Source of the DNA: Malacoraja senta
Lineage: Eukaryota
Length of the DNA: 64,000 bases
NCBI GenBank assembly: GCA_038087875.1
Contig: CM075989.1
Location: 21,020,001-21,084,000, forward strand
Direction: 5' to 3'
The notes under the pieces: generated by a model
What the model was told of the DNA's origin: nothing
Database searches by the model: none
Seen by the model: the letters and a program-made list of their open reading frames with translations, nothing else
Translations under genes and position numbers: made by a program
Shown here: positions 61,395 to 64,000 of the stretch, in pieces
Position numbering within the stretch: position 1 is the first letter of the stretch
Layout of the letters: every line of letters starts with the position of its first letter

Positions 61395-62085
61395 TTCATT
61401 GCCACAGAAGGCCAAGTCAATTAATATTTTTTAAGGTGGAGGTTGGCCGATTCTTGATTAGTGCGGGTGTCTGGGCTTATGGAGAGAAGGCAGATGAATG
61501 GGGTTTGGAGGGAGAGATGGATCAGCCATGATTGAGTGGCAGAGTAGACATGATGAGCCAAATGGCATATTTCTGCACCGAGAACTTCAAGCCACCATCT
61601 CCATCTCAATCTAGCTTTTCACAATGTGTACAATATGAACACGGGTCAAGATTAGACAGGCCGTGTGGTGAATGGTCTTTTGGCAGAGGGAACTATGGCA
61701 CAACTATTTCAATGTTATTGTTTGATCTGGGACTTTCCTGATCTTTAGAACCTCATAGCAGAATAATGGGTAGAAATCTATTCTGCACAGTCCGCAACTT
61801 TATAAATTATATTCTTACGGTGATGGTGATTTTTTTTAAACTTTGAGATTTGTTCGTCAACCCTCTGCTTACTGCCAGAATAGATACAAATATTCAACCT
61901 CCTTAATCTCTTAACATCGAAACGTAGAATATAGATGCAGGAGTAGGCCATTCGGCCCTTCGAGCCAACACCACCATTCAATATGATCATGGCTGATCAT
62001 TCAAAATCAGTACCCCGTTCCTGCTTTCCCCCCCATCTCCCTTGATTCCCTTGGCCCTAAGAGCTAAATCTAACTCTCTTGAAAA
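61395..62085. mobile_element. CR1 tails (61395-61580 +, 61920-62085 -)
   Basis: Match CR1 3' UTR subfamilies above. Confidence 0.8.
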
Positions 62086-64000
62086 TAAAAGTGCTAATAA
62101 TCATGCTAAATATTTTCAAACACCAGGATTTATCAGGAAATATCACAGACCACAAACATGTTCCAGAGACTGACTTAAAAAGCCATTTGCTCCGTGTATT
62201 TAATCAAAAATGTCCACTCCACAGCATGTTGGCTTCAAGGTCTTTGTACTGATCTAAGAGAGAGTAAAACCATTCGACTTCTTGTTTGCAGTTGAAATTG
62301 TGTACATTGTGTTGCAAAAATAAAACCTATTATAGTTATGGGAGAGTTTTTTAAAAGAACAAGACTATGCAGACAAACTTGATCTCAAAATATTTTTTAT
62401 TTCGGACAAACTCAGTGTTGCACCTTCAGTATTTCAATTATGCTTTGGTGATACATTCTTCAAAGAACCTTGATGGAATGTGCCTGCTTTAACTTGCCCC
62501 TGTTGTACACCCTATGTACTTTGGCTAATTAAACCTAGTGCTTTTGAGAGCTTAAGACTGAAAGCTTACCGTAATATTGCCAACGGTTTAGTCAATGCCT
62601 CATGCAAAAGAAATTCGTGCTCAGGTAAGAAAGATTTGCAAACTAACAACGCAAATTGTGACTTGGAACTTGGAATTTTGCAGCGAGGACTAAAAATTGT
62701 TCCCCTCAAGAACTATTCAGTTATTCCGAATTTAAAAAAAAATAGTACATCTGTGCTTCAATGCAAATAAAATGGTGATTAATATATAAAATGCACTGCC
62801 TCGACTGTGTGCTTTATATATTGTTATTTTCATAAGTAAGTGCTTATGTTGTGTTAGATGCTGATCAACAAAGGAGCAGTCTTCACTTGTAACCTCTCCT
62901 AGCTCCAGTCTGGAACATGACACATGCCAACCAATGATAAATGGTTCTGTAGGATGTGTAATTTCAAATGCAATGCCCTTGAGATCTTGAAACCCTTTCT
63001 CACAAATGCTTCTATGGGACCAAACCCAGGAAGCTGCTGGGTTTTTTTTGTGTGTTTTGATAAGAAACAAAAAAAAAGATGAAATGAATAAAAAGTTGCC
63101 TTTGCCGATAATTTATTTTATTTTAAAAAAAAACTAATGTCCCTTTTTTTTTAAACGGGAAACTTGATCAGACTTATTTTTTTCTATGTCGTTCTTTAAT
63201 CGAATGCTGCAGTTTAGTGAAGCGTTAAATAACACCTGATATTAAATGTTTAAAGATGTTACTTAACAGTTTAATGAATGTGAATTTTAATTGATACCTT
63301 CAATACAAATATTGCTCAGCTTTCAAATGCACACCTGTAATTTGCATTACAGATTAATAGACAGGGTTCTCCTTCAGCGGGGGGGAAGTGTCAGATGACT
63401 ATTTATTTGTGTGTTCTAAATAGATATGTTGACACATCAAAGATTGCAGATTAAGATACAAATTCTGTGCTGCCGTGACATTGCTTTTCGCCAGCATGGT
63501 TAATAAACAACCGCTGTCTTCCGGAGCATGAAATGGGTCTAAACTGCTCCTTTAGTCGGCGGTGTAACTAGTGTTAAATCAAAGAATGCAGTGTGACATT
63601 AAATGGTTTAAGTAATGCAGGCATTTCCTTTTTAACGGGAATATGGAAAGTGTAGATTAGTAATAGTGATCGGGTGCACCGTGACAGCTCGCTGGAGCCT
63701 GTGTTGTCTCCACTGCATTGTTTCTCATTTGCAGCTATTTGCATGCCAATTATTTTAAAACAAATATTGGGTTCCAGTTTTTTTTTTTACTTGACAAATA
63801 GTCTGCAGGGTTTTAATTGGATCCAACCAGTTGCAAGAGCTATGAGAGTTAGAACGGAGACAGATGATGCCTTCACGAGAAGCTGCAGGGTGCTTTCAGA
63901 AGACTTACCAATTACTACATTATCTGTAATGCACTCTAAATTTTCTAAACACAGCGCCCAAAATACTGTACAAGCCACAGGCAAAGGGGAAGGCGACATC

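Noticed and set aside
63787..63999. Possible coding exon at window end
   Set aside because: No recognisable homology; cannot be excluded without downstream sequence or RNA-seq.

Overview
This is repeat-dominated, non-coding vertebrate DNA, most likely from a cartilaginous fish (skate/ray-like, inferred from the repeat families). I cannot support any host protein-coding exon, rRNA, true tRNA or CRISPR array; the long ORFs are retroelement debris or chance. The window holds more than 30 tRNA-derived V-SINE (HE1-like) copies, about 30 CR1 LINE fragments (one is 1.4 kb with a near-intact RT), Rex1/Babar, RTE-like and L1 fragments, two PIF/Harbinger-like MITEs, a possible Helitron end, a 200-N gap and several transposon-free islands that look like regulatory elements. 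The most interesting signal is a ~130-bp repeat present in roughly 30 places. It carries a minimal hammerhead-ribozyme core (CTGAAGA-A-GGGT-loop-ACCC-GAAAC-GTC) and is physically joined to Penelope-like RT and ORF C-terminal remnants. It also occurs repeatedly as ORF-less ~160-230 bp fold-back insertions with 12-16 bp target-site duplications. Also notable are a perfect 59-bp inverted templated insertion copied from 2.8 kb away, a 420-bp near-perfect palindrome, a teleost-like L2-tailed SINE (horizontal-transfer candidate) and nested insertions that order element activity. Family names come from motif recognition, not database searches, and boundaries are approximate.
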